DNA of 19,931 bases. Origin: Candidatus Poribacteria bacterium (GTDB lineage: Bacteria > Poribacteria > WGA-4E > UBA9662). This document shows positions 8,749-16,517 of this stretch, piece after piece; the stretch's first letter is position 1; each line of letters begins with the position of its first letter. Position numbers and translations under genes: made by a program. The notes beneath the pieces are model-generated. The model had not been told where the DNA came from. It ran no database searches and saw only the letters and a list, made by a program, of their open reading frames with translations. The stretch is taken from assembly GCA_036339735.1 (NCBI GenBank), contig JAYZAL010000037.1, forward strand, positions 1-19,931, read 5' to 3'.

Positions 8749-9684
8749 ATGAGAATTTTTCGTGTTACTTCTGCTTTATTGTTGATTATGTCCTATATCT
8801 TGAGTGGGTGTGAGTCAACCTCTTCTATTTCGGATGTTCCAACTCAAGCCCACTTACATCATATACATTTTGTTGATCAAAATAATGGCTGGGTAGGAGG
8901 TTCAGGTGGAACATTATTCCAGACTACAAATGGTGGACAATCTTGGCTTCTCTTAACTAACAATGGTGATTCATCCAATTTACCAGAAAAAATTAATAGT
9001 TTCTTCTTCACCAGTCGTAAACACGGTTGGCTTGTCAGCTTACGGGGGGAAATTTACTACACTAATAATGGTGGACAAGTGTGGAGACAGCAAGCGGGTG
9101 GGTTGTCAAATGGTTTAACCGATATTTTTTTAACAAAAGAATCCTTAGGTTGGGCTGTCGGTGGAGGTGGATTGATTTTGCACACAACAAATGGTGGTTC
9201 AAATTGGGAAAAGCAAGACACCCCGGATACACATCATCTGTGGGCGACTCATTTTGTGAGTCGGCAAAAAGGGTGGGTCGTTGGTGAGAAAGGAGCAATA
9301 TGGATGACTAAAAACGGTGGCCAAAAATGGCAGTCGCAAAAGTCTGGGGTTGATGTACCATTACTTGATGTTTCTTTTAGTGATGAGAAAAATGGCTGGG
9401 TCGCTGGTGTTGATGGTATTGTCTTAAGAACGACTAATGGTGGTCAGCTTTGGCGTTTGCAAAATACCCCAGAACAAAGAACTTGGCGAAGCATAGTTGC
9501 TGTCAGTCAATCAGAAGTATGGATAGCAGGTGAGGATGGGATGCTACTCCACTCCAGGCAAGCTGGGGATAATTGGCAAGTGAAAGAACCCAACTCGGCA
9601 AACCATCTGATGAATCTATGCGTCCAAAAAAGATGGGTCTGGGCTTGCGGTGCTAACGGTACGATTCAGCGTTTACCACGATAA
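8749..9684 (+). CDS. YCF48/HCF136-like (BNR/WD40-YVTN-type) beta-propeller repeat lipoprotein
   Basis: Start re-assigned to ATG 8749 (MRIFRVTSALLLIMSYILSG-C, lipobox LSGC) because the track's 8635 start overlaps the divergent kinase gene. About 7 repeats of F.d...GW..G..G.i..T.NGG..W. Confidence 0.85.
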   Translation: MRIFRVTSALLLIMSYILSGCESTSSISDVPTQAHLHHIHFVDQNNGWVGGSGGTLFQTTNGGQSWLLLTNNGDSSNLPEKINSFFFTSRKHGWLVSLRGEIYYTNNGGQVWRQQAGGLSNGLTDIFLTKESLGWAVGGGGLILHTTNGGSNWEKQDTPDTHHLWATHFVSRQKGWVVGEKGAIWMTKNGGQKWQSQKSGVDVPLLDVSFSDEKNGWVAGVDGIVLRTTNGGQLWRLQNTPEQRTWRSIVAVSQSEVWIAGEDGMLLHSRQAGDNWQVKEPNSANHLMNLCVQKRWVWACGANGTIQRLPR

Positions 9685-9703
9685 TCATAACTGATTTGGG
9701 GGG

Positions 9704-10750
9704 TTATGGCTCATTCCCATGGCGATTGGCAAAAGATTTAGGAGTCAGGTCAAAGTATGTTTTGTGACCATCAAAGAAACGTTCCAACTCATCTACCATT
9801 AAAACAAAGGATTCCCGAAATTGATTTCCGGTAAAGTAGCCGAAATGTGGGCTGAGAAAGACATTTTCGAGATGGATGATCTCACTACTTGACGGAATTG
9901 GCTCAGGATCGAAAACGTCGAGACCCGCGACGATATCACCTCGTTTCAGTCGTTCGATAAGTGCTTGAGAGTCAATGACAGCTCCACGAGAAACATTGAC
10001 TAAAACGCAACCCGAAGGGATTTTATTAAGCTCTTCCGGTCCTATCATACCCCTTGTTTTTGGAGTTAATGGAGCTAGGCAGACAATGACTTCACACTGT
10101 GCAAGGACATTATCTAATGACGTTTGTGTGAAACCAATGGCTTCAGCCATCTCATGAGGCAAGTAAGGATCATACACCCAAATCTCGGTTTCGAAAGGAC
10201 GAAGATATTGGATCAAACGACGCCCCATATGTCCACAACCAATCAGTCCCACTCTCTTACCGGTTAAAACACCACCAGCATACTTAAGAGCTGGATGGTA
10301 TCTTTTTGTGTTTCCATCGATTATACGTCGGAATTGAGCTCCCGCGTTTCTCAGTGAAATTAGTATTAAAGCTAATGCCCACTCAGCTACTGGGTACGAA
10401 GATCCATTAGTCGTATCAACAGTACGAACGTTTCGCTCCCAAGCTGCTCTCAAATCGATTCGATTATTAAATCGATCGTCTTCCAATTCACCAATAAACC
10501 TCAACCGAGTTGCCGAGTCCATAATTTCAGCTCCGATTGGGGGTGAACCATGACTAATAACCAAAGCATCTACATCTTCGATAGCTTCAAAAAAGCTTTT
10601 TGGCAATTGGGCATCAATATTTGCATGATCAAGATTGAACCAATCCCAACTGGCGAATTTTTCTAGGCGTTTTACTTCGTTTGGCGAAATATAGTTTTTA
10701 TATATGTTACTGTTACAGACTAGTAAAACTTTAGGGTGTATAGCCGACAC
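9704..10750 (-). CDS. D-isomer-specific 2-hydroxyacid dehydrogenase (SerA/GhrB-like fold)
   Basis: GLIGCGHMG Rossmann motif, VYDPY, catalytic R (NVSRG), E (DVFDPEP) and H (SPHFG). GTG start with AAGGA RBS. Confidence 0.9.
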   Translation of the reverse strand: MSAIHPKVLLVCNSNIYKNYISPNEVKRLEKFASWDWFNLDHANIDAQLPKSFFEAIEDVDALVISHGSPPIGAEIMDSATRLRFIGELEDDRFNNRIDLRAAWERNVRTVDTTNGSSYPVAEWALALILISLRNAGAQFRRIIDGNTKRYHPALKYAGGVLTGKRVGLIGCGHMGRRLIQYLRPFETEIWVYDPYLPHEMAEAIGFTQTSLDNVLAQCEVIVCLAPLTPKTRGMIGPEELNKIPSGCVLVNVSRGAVIDSQALIERLKRGDIVAGLDVFDPEPIPSSSEIIHLENVFLSPHFGYFTGNQFRESFVLMVDELERFFDGHKTYFDLTPKSFANRHGNEP

Positions 10751-10770
10751 AGTCTCGTTTCCTTAAATTG

Positions 10771-10779
10771 TGATATAAT
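10771..10779 (+). promoter_or_regulatory. Possible extended -10 element (TGnTATAAT) upstream of the FliL-like gene
   Basis: TGATATAAT in the divergent intergenic region, about 120 nt before ATG 10899. Confidence 0.35.
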
Positions 10780-10898
10780 TTTGCGACAAACATGAATTAC
10801 GTTAGTTCACCGATGGAAATTCAATTTTTTACATTCTAACGAGCTAGGTTAATTAAAGCAAACCACAATGCTGAGAACTTATACTCAATTCAATTGAA

Positions 10899-11570
10899 AT
10901 GGTAGCTCGCATCCTTCTCTATATTATCTTATTAGCAATTATCCCTGCTGCTCTTTATTTCTTATTTACTTCTTCTTTTTTTGTCACATTACCCTTTTCA
11001 CGCCAGAAAATACAAGAAGAACGACAAGAACGAATATACGAAACTGCACTTACACAGAAATACTTGAGTACAAAGGAAGAAGTTTCCGATCCTTTTGAGG
11101 AAGCAAAAAAGTTTAAGTATAAATTCGCGGAAGGATCTGGCTTAGTCCTAGTCGATATTATGGAATTGCTTTGGCCCGAAGAGGGCGACCTAAGGTATGG
11201 TATCCGCCTAACCCCAATGGCACAACCAACGGAGTGGATATTTCCAAATCAAACGAATACAGAAGCCGTAATCATACATCACACTTTTGCTTGGCGAATT
11301 GCTGCTGTCATGGAGGGAGATGAAGAATCCATCAAACAAGAAATCTTGGGGACAGATACCAGTGAGGTAGCGAGTAAGATTGGCGACCGTGGTCAAGCAA
11401 TCTATTTACGCACTGAGCTTGAACGAATCATGGGTAGCAAAACTGTCGAAGAAATCATCCCGGAGATGGGGAAACAACAATTGAAACAACAGCTACTCGA
11501 AAAACTAAGGTCAGTTTTTGGGGATCAAAAGGTCAAATCCATTTACATTGACACTTTAATTTTCCAATAA
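10899..11570 (+). CDS. fliL: Membrane-anchored FliL-like protein (flagellar basal-body-associated family)
   Basis: Single N-terminal TM helix. C-terminus LRTELERIMGSKTVEEIIPEMGKQQLKQQLLEKLRSVFGDQKVKSIYIDTLIFQ matches the FliL pattern 'iRd.i...lssK..eel....Gk..Lk.ei......l....V..vyf..fiiQ'. The middle part is divergent. Confidence 0.6.
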   Translation: MVARILLYIILLAIIPAALYFLFTSSFFVTLPFSRQKIQEERQERIYETALTQKYLSTKEEVSDPFEEAKKFKYKFAEGSGLVLVDIMELLWPEEGDLRYGIRLTPMAQPTEWIFPNQTNTEAVIIHHTFAWRIAAVMEGDEESIKQEILGTDTSEVASKIGDRGQAIYLRTELERIMGSKTVEEIIPEMGKQQLKQQLLEKLRSVFGDQKVKSIYIDTLIFQ

Positions 11571-11592
11571 CATTGACATTGGTAATTGTAAT

Positions 11593-12993
11593 TTAACTAA
11601 CACTAGCTAAATAAGCCGTTAAATCACCTAATGCCCGCTGCGAATAGGCTTGGGCACGTTGTCTTTTTCTCATCCGTCTCCCTTTAGTTTTAGTTTCAAT
11701 TTGTAGAGGAGGAAGCAAACCAAAGTTAGCTTTCATCGGTTGAAAATCAGCAAGGCTAGCGTGTGTAACATAATGACAAAGTGCCCCAAGAATAGTAGTT
11801 ACTGGCAAAACCATCAACTTACGGCCAGTTAGCAAGTGAGCCATATTGTAGCCAGCCAAAAGACCCGTTGCTACATTGCCTACATAGCTTTCTACACCGG
11901 TGATCTGGCCAGCAAAAAATAAGTTCTCTCGTTTCCGGAACTGCATGGTTGGATGCAGTAGTGTAGGGGCTGATATGAAAGTATTACGGTGCATTTGACC
12001 AAAACGTACAAATTCTGCTTTATTTAATCCGGGGATTAACTGGAATACTCTTTTCTGCTCCGAAAACTTAAGGTTTGTCTGAAACCCAACAATATTGTAC
12101 AACGTACCAGCTATGTTATCTTGACGTAACTGGACCACAGCATGGGAACGGTGGTTAGTACGTGGATCCGTCAGCCCGACAGGTCGCATTGGTCCATAAG
12201 CGAGTGAATCTATACCTCTCTCAGCCATAATTTCGATTGGCAAACAACCTTCAAAAAATTGGTGAGCGCCAGCCTTGACGCCTGACTTGATAGCTTCCTC
12301 AAAACTATGTAACTCAATTCGATCGGCAGATATCAGGTTACAAACAAAATGTTCATATTGGTCTTTATCCATTGGACAATTTATATAATCTCCGACATCT
12401 AATTCGCCTTTCCCGTAACGTGACCCTCGGAATGCGATTTTCATATCAATCGATTCTTGACTAACTATAGGTGAAATAGCATCGAAAAAATAAAGGTGAT
12501 CTTCTCCTGAAATTTTTCCAATTGACTCAGCTAAAGGTGCAGATGTCAATGGACCTGAAGCAATAATTGTCGGACCATCAGGTATTTCGGTGATTTCTTC
12601 ACGTATTAAACGTATATGAGGTTGTGAGCGAATACGTTGGGTAATTAACTTCGAAAACTGTTCTCGGTCGACGGCTAAGGCTCCACCAGCAGGCACTGAT
12701 GTCTTGTCAGCACAATCCATCAGCATCGAACCTAGCTGACGCAATTCGGCTTTCAGGACTCCAGATGCTCTATCAGGCAAATCTGATCCCAGAGAATTCG
12801 AGCAAACGAGCTCACCTAGATTAGATGTTTGATGGGCTCCAGTTTCTACCGTGGGCCGCATTTCGAATAGATCTACACTAATGCCTTGTGAAGCTAGCTG
12901 CCAAGCAGCTTCACTTCCAGCTAAGCCTCCACCAATTACTGTAACGGTTGGTACTGATACATTATTTATCGTTTCTGACAACTGTCTTCTCAA
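11593..12993 (-). CDS. trmFO: FAD/folate-dependent tRNA (uracil-54-C5)-methyltransferase TrmFO (Gid)
   Basis: [88 protein letters not shown] start; exact start uncertain. Confidence 0.96.
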   Translation of the reverse strand: MRRQLSETINNVSVPTVTVIGGGLAGSEAAWQLASQGISVDLFEMRPTVETGAHQTSNLGELVCSNSLGSDLPDRASGVLKAELRQLGSMLMDCADKTSVPAGGALAVDREQFSKLITQRIRSQPHIRLIREEITEIPDGPTIIASGPLTSAPLAESIGKISGEDHLYFFDAISPIVSQESIDMKIAFRGSRYGKGELDVGDYINCPMDKDQYEHFVCNLISADRIELHSFEEAIKSGVKAGAHQFFEGCLPIEIMAERGIDSLAYGPMRPVGLTDPRTNHRSHAVVQLRQDNIAGTLYNIVGFQTNLKFSEQKRVFQLIPGLNKAEFVRFGQMHRNTFISAPTLLHPTMQFRKRENLFFAGQITGVESYVGNVATGLLAGYNMAHLLTGRKLMVLPVTTILGALCHYVTHASLADFQPMKANFGLLPPLQIETKTKGRRMRKRQRAQAYSQRALGDLTAYLASVS

Positions 12994-13041
12994 CTTCCCA
13001 CAATCTATAACAATTAATTGCAGTACTGACTACTAAATACA

Positions 13042-13578
13042 CTAGTTGCCTATCGGGGCAGAATTTCTCTCTTTGACGATATAATCTAAGATCTCTTCTG
13101 CATGTGAATTTAGGTTCATTCCAGTGTATATTTTCTCAATGATACCATCTGGATTTACTATAAATGTAATGCGTTTTAGCCAAAGCAGACCGTTAGCGCC
13201 ATACAAACGAGAGACATGTTTGTCTTTATCAGATAAGAGATGGAATGGTAGTTTATGCTTTTCCTTGAACGCCCTCAGTGATTTAGGGGAATCGTAACTG
13301 ATGCCAAGAACTATAATTTTTTCTCTTTCGTATGCTTGATAGATGTTGCGGAACCCGCAAGCTTGTTTAGTTCATCCAGGCGTATCAGCCTTTGGGAAAA
13401 AATAAATAACCACAGGTTGGCCTAGGAATTCTTTTAATGAGATATTCTCGTTGCTGTCTGATATTAGTGAGAAATCTGGCCCCTCTTGCCCTGCGACCAA
13501 AAGGTTTCTTTGGCTTTGATTCCGACTGATCAAAGCGGTACTTACAAGTACACAAATAGCGATAATTCCAATTTTCAT
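13042..13578 (-). CDS. bcp: Selenocysteine-containing peroxiredoxin, BCP/PrxQ subfamily (UGA at codon 69), with N-terminal hydrophobic signal/anchor; 178 aa
   Basis: Manual translation through TGA 13372-13374: …GQEGPDFSL…ISLKEFLGQPVVIYFFPKADTPG-(TGA)-TKQACGFRNIYQAYEREKIIVLGISYDSPKSLRAFKEKHKLPFHLLSDKDKHVSRLYGANGLLWLKRITFIVNPDGIIEKIYTGMNLNSHAEEILDYIVKERNSAPIGN-TAG (13042-13044). The TGA aligns with the peroxidatic Cys of the BCP motif FYPKA.TPGCT.EAC.FR. Confidence 0.9.
13345..13362 (-). promoter_or_regulatory. Putative bacterial SECIS element (mRNA hairpin 3' of the Sec UGA)
   Basis: mRNA reads UGA-ACUAAACAAGC-UUGCGG-GUU-CCGCAA-C. A perfect 6-bp stem (13346-13360) starts 11 nt after the UGA, its apical loop begins GU, and it extends by one G-C pair across a bulged C. 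Confidence 0.75.
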
Positions 13579-13952
13579 TTTATATATAATCCAATGAAAC
13601 TAAATATCTAAAGGTTTTATAGAGTTGCATCACCAGAGGCTTAAGGTGATGGTATTATTTGTTTGGTTCAGTGGTATGTGGAGGAGCTATTTACCACACC
13701 ATGTGGCATACTTCTTTCCGAATAACAAACAGACCTAACGTATATTTCCACTAACATGTTTTACATCCATTACTCAGGGGATACCCACAAAATGTACGTC
13801 CTGAACTCTACCGATTAACTTCTAATTAAGATTGAGATCTAGTTGTTCAAACTTCGTTCTTTATCTCTTAATTACGATAATTGTGTAGTGATTGTTTTCC
13901 CATGGTTACGTCTACAGACTGCTGTATAATGAACATTATGGAAAAGGTTACT

Positions 13953-14897
13953 TCAGCTTTTTAGATAGGATAAAGACTCAGAGTTAAACGGTGTGGGAAT
14001 TAGGTTAAACATTTCATACACACCGTCAGACTGACAAACATTTCCTTCAATTAGCATAGTAATTTGATCCTTAGTTATAGGAAACCAAGGAAACCCCCCT
14101 AGCAGAGCGCCAAGGGTTTTGATAGCAAAAACGGGGGCTGGAATTGTCCATTTTTTCTTGCCGTAAGCTCTAGAAATAATTGATATAATATCTTTCCAGT
14201 AATAGGTCTCTCCTCCAAGATGATAAGTTTTTTTGATTGTTTCTTCTTCGGTTAGTGATTTGACAAATACTTTTGCTACGTCTTTGACATGAATAGGTGA
14301 TAGTGCGAAATTACCAGCGTTAAACGGATTTAGACCTTTATGGAAATTTGGAGCTGGAATAGGTAAACTTAGCATGTCTTTTTTTAATTGTGAGCAAAAT
14401 TCTGGCCGACCTCCACCTCTTGGGTCTCCAAAAATGAGAGAAGGTCTAAAGATCGTATAGTCTAAGCCAGATTCCTTCAGATATTCTTCTGCTAACATTT
14501 TTGTGTTTTGATAACCCGTTCCTTCCTTTTTCACACCGTTAGCTGACATCAGGATAAACCTACTAACATTTAGCTCTTTCGCTGCATCAATACACCATTT
14601 TGCGGCATGAAAGTGTAAGTTTTCATATGTTAAGCCTTTAGACGGAAATTCTCGGATTACACCGACGTTGTAAATCACAGCATCACAACCTTCCAGCACT
14701 TCCAAAATCGCAGGTACCGAAGTACGATCATGATGATGGGACAAATCTCCGTAGACAATTTCACATTTCTCTGGTTGGAGTATCTTGGATTCAGATCCTT
14801 CCCTGATAAGAAGGCGCGGGACCATGTTATGACTAATTAGCTCATCTGTGATGTACGAGCCCACAAAACCTGTACCACCAATCAGTGCAACTTTCAT
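13953..14897 (-). CDS. NAD(P)-dependent epimerase/atypical SDR, complex I NDUFA9-like family
   Basis: MKVALIGGTGFVGSY, YQNTK (YxxxK), SGLDYTIFRPSLIFG, PIHVKDVA, FPITKDQITML. Confidence 0.88.
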   Translation of the reverse strand: MKVALIGGTGFVGSYITDELISHNMVPRLLIREGSESKILQPEKCEIVYGDLSHHHDRTSVPAILEVLEGCDAVIYNVGVIREFPSKGLTYENLHFHAAKWCIDAAKELNVSRFILMSANGVKKEGTGYQNTKMLAEEYLKESGLDYTIFRPSLIFGDPRGGGRPEFCSQLKKDMLSLPIPAPNFHKGLNPFNAGNFALSPIHVKDVAKVFVKSLTEEETIKKTYHLGGETYYWKDIISIISRAYGKKKWTIPAPVFAIKTLGALLGGFPWFPITKDQITMLIEGNVCQSDGVYEMFNLIPTPFNSESLSYLKS

Positions 14898-15071
14898 TCG
14901 AAATTCCCTCTCAAATTTAGATATTTAATTTTCATATATTTTGGGTGGTATACCGAGGCATACTTCTGGGTACTCAAATTCTGTACTATAGTTACTCAAT
15001 AGCATATCCAAACAGACCTGATTGGATTTTTTCGGAATCCATGAGTGGAATACTAGAATCATGGTGGTATA

Positions 15072-16424
15072 TTACTCAGTAACCACAACCGAATTTATTT
15101 TTTGAATATACGAACGGACATCAAACTTACTTTGACACCCTTTATAACTCATGTAGCGTATTTTGCCAAATACTGGCCGTTCGAACCATGCTCTATCATG
15201 TAGACCACCAATACTCCAAGCAATTCCCGTATATCCATTGGGATCTCTACCATCTAGCTCATATTTATCGTTTAAGTCGATAGCGGTTTGGAGTGCAGTT
15301 TCCGGACTTGAACTCCACTCAAGGATTTTTTTTGCCCAATACATGCGCATGTAGGTATGCATCTTACCAGTAATAACCATTTCATTTTGAGCTGCATTCC
15401 ACAAATCATCGTGGGTTTTACCACGTTCAAACTGGTCTGGACTATACACATACTCGCGTTTATCTTCTCTGTGTTCGTCCAAGCTTTTTTTTGCCCATTT
15501 TGGGAATCCTTCGACCTCATCGTACTGACAGTTGTAATAACAAAAATTATCAGCTAATTCTCGTCGCACAATGAGTTGCTCTAATATACCCTTGTTCTCT
15601 ATTTTATCACAGTCCCATAAGGATAAAGCTACTCGTTGCGGGGAAATCTGGCCAAAATGTAGGTATGGGCTTAGGTTAGTTAATACTTTTCTGTTTGGGT
15701 CGTTACGATGATTCATGTATTCTTCTATGGGTTGTTTCTTAAAGTGATTTAGTTGTTTATGGGCCTCATATTCTCCGGGTATTACCCCCCCTGTAACTGG
15801 CTTTACAGTTTTATCAATTTTTAATTTGTTGTAGGCTAGTTGCCAATCAACACTAGGAAACGGTTGGTTGAGTGGGAAAGGGTGTGTGGTTATTTCAGGG
15901 AAGTCAACCAAAAACTCCGGTAACTTCGATAAAATTTTTGGTCTTATTGTATAGGCGCTCCACTCTTGCTTATTACTGGTTTCCCAAACGGGAATGATAT
16001 TATGGGCGTCTACTTGGTGAAAAGGAATGTTGATTTTTGCAGCTACAGATTCGGTCCGGCGTCTATATACTTTTAGGGGTGAAAAGTCAGTAACTAAGGT
16101 GCCGATGCTGAACTGTTTAATCAGTTTAGGAATTTGATATATTGGATTACCCTGTACCAAAAGGAACGGTATATTCTTTTTCAATAATAAACTGGCAGTT
16201 TCTTTAAGTCCTTCAAACATGAATGAATACTGACGCAAGTTAGCCTCAGTGTATTGTCCAATGTATGTAAAAGCAACAACCAAGGAACTTTTGGATTCTA
16301 TTGCTAGATTTTGCGCACGCAGCAAAGCCCAATTATCTGCAAATCGCTTTTCACGCTGCATCCAATAAAGGACATTACCACTATTATTCGGTCTGTTCGT
16401 GAGGTTTTTGCTTCTAGAAATCAT
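15072..16424 (-). CDS. phrB: Deoxyribodipyrimidine photolyase, class II CPD photolyase
   Basis: VLYWMQREKRFADNWAL, QVDAHNIIP, LSPYLHFGQISPQR, EQLIVRRELADNFC, GKMHTYMRMYWAKKILEW and YELDGRDPNGYTGIAWSIGGLHDRAWFERPVFGKIRYM are class II signatures. Confidence 0.95.
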   Translation of the reverse strand: MISRSKNLTNRPNNSGNVLYWMQREKRFADNWALLRAQNLAIESKSSLVVAFTYIGQYTEANLRQYSFMFEGLKETASLLLKKNIPFLLVQGNPIYQIPKLIKQFSIGTLVTDFSPLKVYRRRTESVAAKINIPFHQVDAHNIIPVWETSNKQEWSAYTIRPKILSKLPEFLVDFPEITTHPFPLNQPFPSVDWQLAYNKLKIDKTVKPVTGGVIPGEYEAHKQLNHFKKQPIEEYMNHRNDPNRKVLTNLSPYLHFGQISPQRVALSLWDCDKIENKGILEQLIVRRELADNFCYYNCQYDEVEGFPKWAKKSLDEHREDKREYVYSPDQFERGKTHDDLWNAAQNEMVITGKMHTYMRMYWAKKILEWSSSPETALQTAIDLNDKYELDGRDPNGYTGIAWSIGGLHDRAWFERPVFGKIRYMSYKGCQSKFDVRSYIQKINSVVVTE

Positions 16425-16517
16425 TTAGAATTTGTATATGAACTTTACCCTTATTTCGCTAGATAGTTGACGATTCGAGCTATAGTGAGTAAAAAAGGTT
16501 TTTCGTGTTAACCAATC

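Noticed and set aside
8749-9684. YCF48-like protein as evidence of photosystem II or phototrophy
   Set aside because: This repeat family is widespread in non-phototrophs, and no photosynthesis genes are present.
13372-13374. Alternative genetic code (UGA=Trp or Gly) as the explanation for the in-frame TGA
   Set aside because: Several genes here end at TGA at their natural C-termini (M23 peptidase, S8 protease, NDUFA9-like, SDR, VOC), Trp is encoded by TGG, and the TGA aligns with a catalytic Cys.
13042-13578. bcp as a pseudogene
   Set aside because: There is a single stop exactly at the catalytic Cys, both halves are otherwise intact, and a SECIS-like hairpin lies at the expected distance. 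Sec is more parsimonious, though not proven.
14925-15062. 45-aa minus-strand ORF (MILVFHSW…EYPEVCLGIPPKIYEN) after the photolyase, faintly like the DUF523 'CPEV..GLG.PR' motif
   Set aside because: The similarity is only a few residues, there is no clear RBS, and the ORF is too short to support.
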